Assembly: GCA_010015585.1 (NCBI GenBank) | Contig: ML975156.1 | DNA length: 64,000 nucleotides | Direction: 5' to 3' (one strand) | Source: Eremomyces bilateralis CBS 781.70 | Lineage: Eukaryota | Shown here: positions 61,602 through 64,000 of the stretch, piece by piece | How positions within the stretch are numbered: position 1 is the first letter of the stretch | How the letters are laid out: the number at the start of each line of letters is the position of its first letter | Notes under the pieces: model-generated | What the model was told of the DNA's origin: nothing | The model's database searches: none | What the model saw: only the letters and a program-made list of their open reading frames with translations | Translations under genes and position numbers: made by a program

Positions 61602-64000
61602 ATGGCGAATCCCGGCAACCCGGTTGACGCGATTTCTGCGACGGTCGAGAAGAATAGTTCTCGGGTTATCCCAATCACGGAGGGAGGCGAAGATGTTTCA
61701 GTGAGATTTATGGGTGTAATACTTCGTTTAGCATGAGCTGAATCTGTCTCAAGGCTAGTGATATATCTCAATCAGCACCACCAACAATGTGCCAAGCGCT
61801 GCGATTCTCAACTTCCGAGTTGCGGTGGCTACCAACTGAAGCAAGCGTCTCGCAAGCAGAAATACAGTCAATGCCGAGCCAGTTTTCATACTCGAGCTAT
61901 AACGTTCTGATCGACTCTAACCATGCATCATCGACCGAACGAATTGCACTTCTGGCTGAGGCGATCTTGTCTAATGAAGCGGCTGATGATGTGCTACTTT
62001 TGCAAGAAGTATCCGACGACTTCCTCTCAAAACTCCTAGCACTCGATGCAATTCGCGAGCGTTATCCATATGTTTCACATGGACCTCCTGACCAAGATGA
62101 TATCCCTTCCTTTACCAGCATGCATAGCGCTGTCGCCCTCAGCCGTTGGAATTTCAACTGGTATTCGCTTCCATTCAAGCGACAACACAAAGGAGCTGTC
62201 ATCATCTCTATTCCAGAGATCTATAGGGAGGATGAAGACGAAGCATATCCCCTGGTTATTGCTGGTATCCACTTGGTCTGCGGACTGACTGATGAATCTG
62301 TCGCTGCGAAGAAGTCACAGCTGGCCACTCTGATATCTCATCTTCAAAAGCACCATCCATCGAATCCGTGGATAGTTTCTGGCGGCTTTAATCTCACGAC
62401 CTCTGCATTTACCATTGATCAAGCACTGAAAACCAAGTCCATCTCCTTGCAGGCTGTCTCAACCCTCGCTTCACTCGACCACATGCTCTTCGACGCCTCT
62501 CTTCAGGATGCGTATTTTCTCGCTCCAATCAATTCCACCAGCGTGAGTAAAGTCCGCCTCACCCATGCGGCGATGGAGGAGCTGTACGAAGGCGAACAAG
62601 GCGCAACTTTCGACCCTCTTCATAACCGTATCGCAGCCGACATAGTTGGTACGGGCATGAACCGTCGTCCCCAACGGTATGATCGGATATTGTTCAAAGA
62701 CGCCGACGTTTTGCGTCTCGGCTCGTTCAGTATGTTTGGATTGCCGGAAACCTTACGGGAAGGAACGGTAGGCAACGATACCCCCAAAGGGAAGGAGCAG
62801 TCACCGCAAATCGGCTATGGGAGCGGTCACTGGGGTGTCAGAACAACATTCAATGTTGCATGCAAATCTGATTCTACAGACAGCGCATCGCTATCGCTAA
62901 AGCACCCATCTTTCGTTATGCCTCCGGTACCGGCCACCATTGTTACCCACCCTCTGGATGACTTCAACGCAGTTGTCGAGTGTCTGAGGCAGAATCCTTT
63001 GCATCTCACTACAGAAGACCAGGCCAAACGCACCGAAATCTATGTTCTGCTGAAAATGATCCTGAACCAGACTCTATCAGGAACCCCCAATGCTCAACAA
63101 GGCGCATCATTTGTCAAGTTTAAGATAGAGCTAGTCGGATCTGGGGCGCTAGGTACTGCAGACGCCTTGTCCGATATCGATATCATCTGCCTCGGTGCTG
63201 TCAGCCCACCCATTTTCTTCTCCCTCGCTATTAGTCGATTAAAGAAAGCGAAAGACAATCCCTACAATGTCACGATCCTCAGAAAGGTCGATGCTTCAAG
63301 CGGTACAATGCTTGAACTTCTCGTTCGGGGAATTCGGGTCGATTTGCATTACTGCACCGCAACCAAATTCCTAGAAAGGTACGTATCTCCTGAACAAGCT
63401 GGTCCAGAGTTTTGGTTACTAATACTTGCTTCAGGTGGCCTGAATCGATTTATCTGGCTCACAACAATCTAGCTTATCGCTTGTCGGGCCAGTCCATCGA
63501 CAAGCTTCAACCGTTGCGAGACATCCTCTACCTCAAGCGGACGATCCCGGATATGGCCAAGTTCCGCCTAGCAGTGCTCTTCCTCAAGGCATGGGCGAGG
63601 GGTCGAGGCATCTACAGCACCAGATTCGGATACTTGGGAGGTGTCCACATCACACTCATGCTGTCCTCCATCTACAAATCTCTGCTCCACCAAAGGGGTC
63701 ATGACCTGTCGATTCCGGGATTGATTGGGACGTTCTTCACCTACTACAGCCAATTCGATTGGAATAAATACATGGTGTGTGATCCGCATATGCCATACGA
63801 TGGCCGGTACTTCAGATCAGCTCAGGAACCTATGGTCATCCTGACGATGCACGCGCCAAAGAAGAATGTCGCAAAGTCAGCAACAGTGCCGACCGTGAGG
63901 GCGATCGTCTTTGAACTCTCACGCGCCGCCCACGCAGTAAGAGCGTACACCGACCCCTTGAAGTGGTTCAACTATTGCACTACTAGTTCTGAGCTCCGAG
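61602..64000 (+). CDS. EEP (endonuclease/exonuclease/phosphatase) + poly(A) polymerase-like nucleotidyltransferase fusion, 3' end runs off the window
   Basis: CACCATGG start, intron ~61701-61754; SYNVL, LLQEVSD, TFDP..N, RPQRYDRIL; NTase VGSGALG..SDIDII; PAP-central LKAWARGRGIYSTRFGYLGG after intron ~63379-63434. Confidence 0.85.

Noticed and set aside
16586..64000. Functional link between the two nucleotidyltransferase genes
   Set aside because: 43 kb apart with many unrelated genes between; likely coincidence.
1..64000. tRNA, rRNA or intact transposon
   Set aside because: None recognised by eye; tRNAscan-SE, Infernal and RepeatMasker were not run.

Overview
Intron-rich, gene-dense DNA from a filamentous ascomycete (Pezizomycotina-type introns and gene content; species cannot be determined). 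About 20 intact genes: Aim21-like (partial), TRI12-family MFS transporter, TFIIF subunit Tfg1, a DUF6594-type membrane protein, a helical-N-terminus/retropepsin-like protease, a Cid1-type nucleotidyltransferase, an F-box/LRR-like protein, Sfh5, a Zn-alcohol dehydrogenase, a secreted PLA2, a partial GlcNAc cluster (ron1, ngs1/nag3, dac1), a Gly-rich cutinase, a P450, Rtg2-like, TOM22, TOM40, an Xdj1-like J-protein, Atg16, a small secreted protein and an EEP/poly(A)-polymerase fusion (partial). There are also three decayed genes. The most promising candidate for a new system is a two-gene AT-richer island (12.5-16.2 kb) pairing an aspartic-protease-like gene with a DUF6594 membrane protein, reminiscent of protease-activated cell-death/immune modules. 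Other highlights: a TOM22-TOM40-Xdj1 import cluster, a cutinase built from duplicated exon-intron cassettes, a probably dead EEP nuclease domain, and a possible spliced non-coding hairpin transcript. All calls come from manual translation and motif recognition; no database searches were run, and exon boundaries are predictions.
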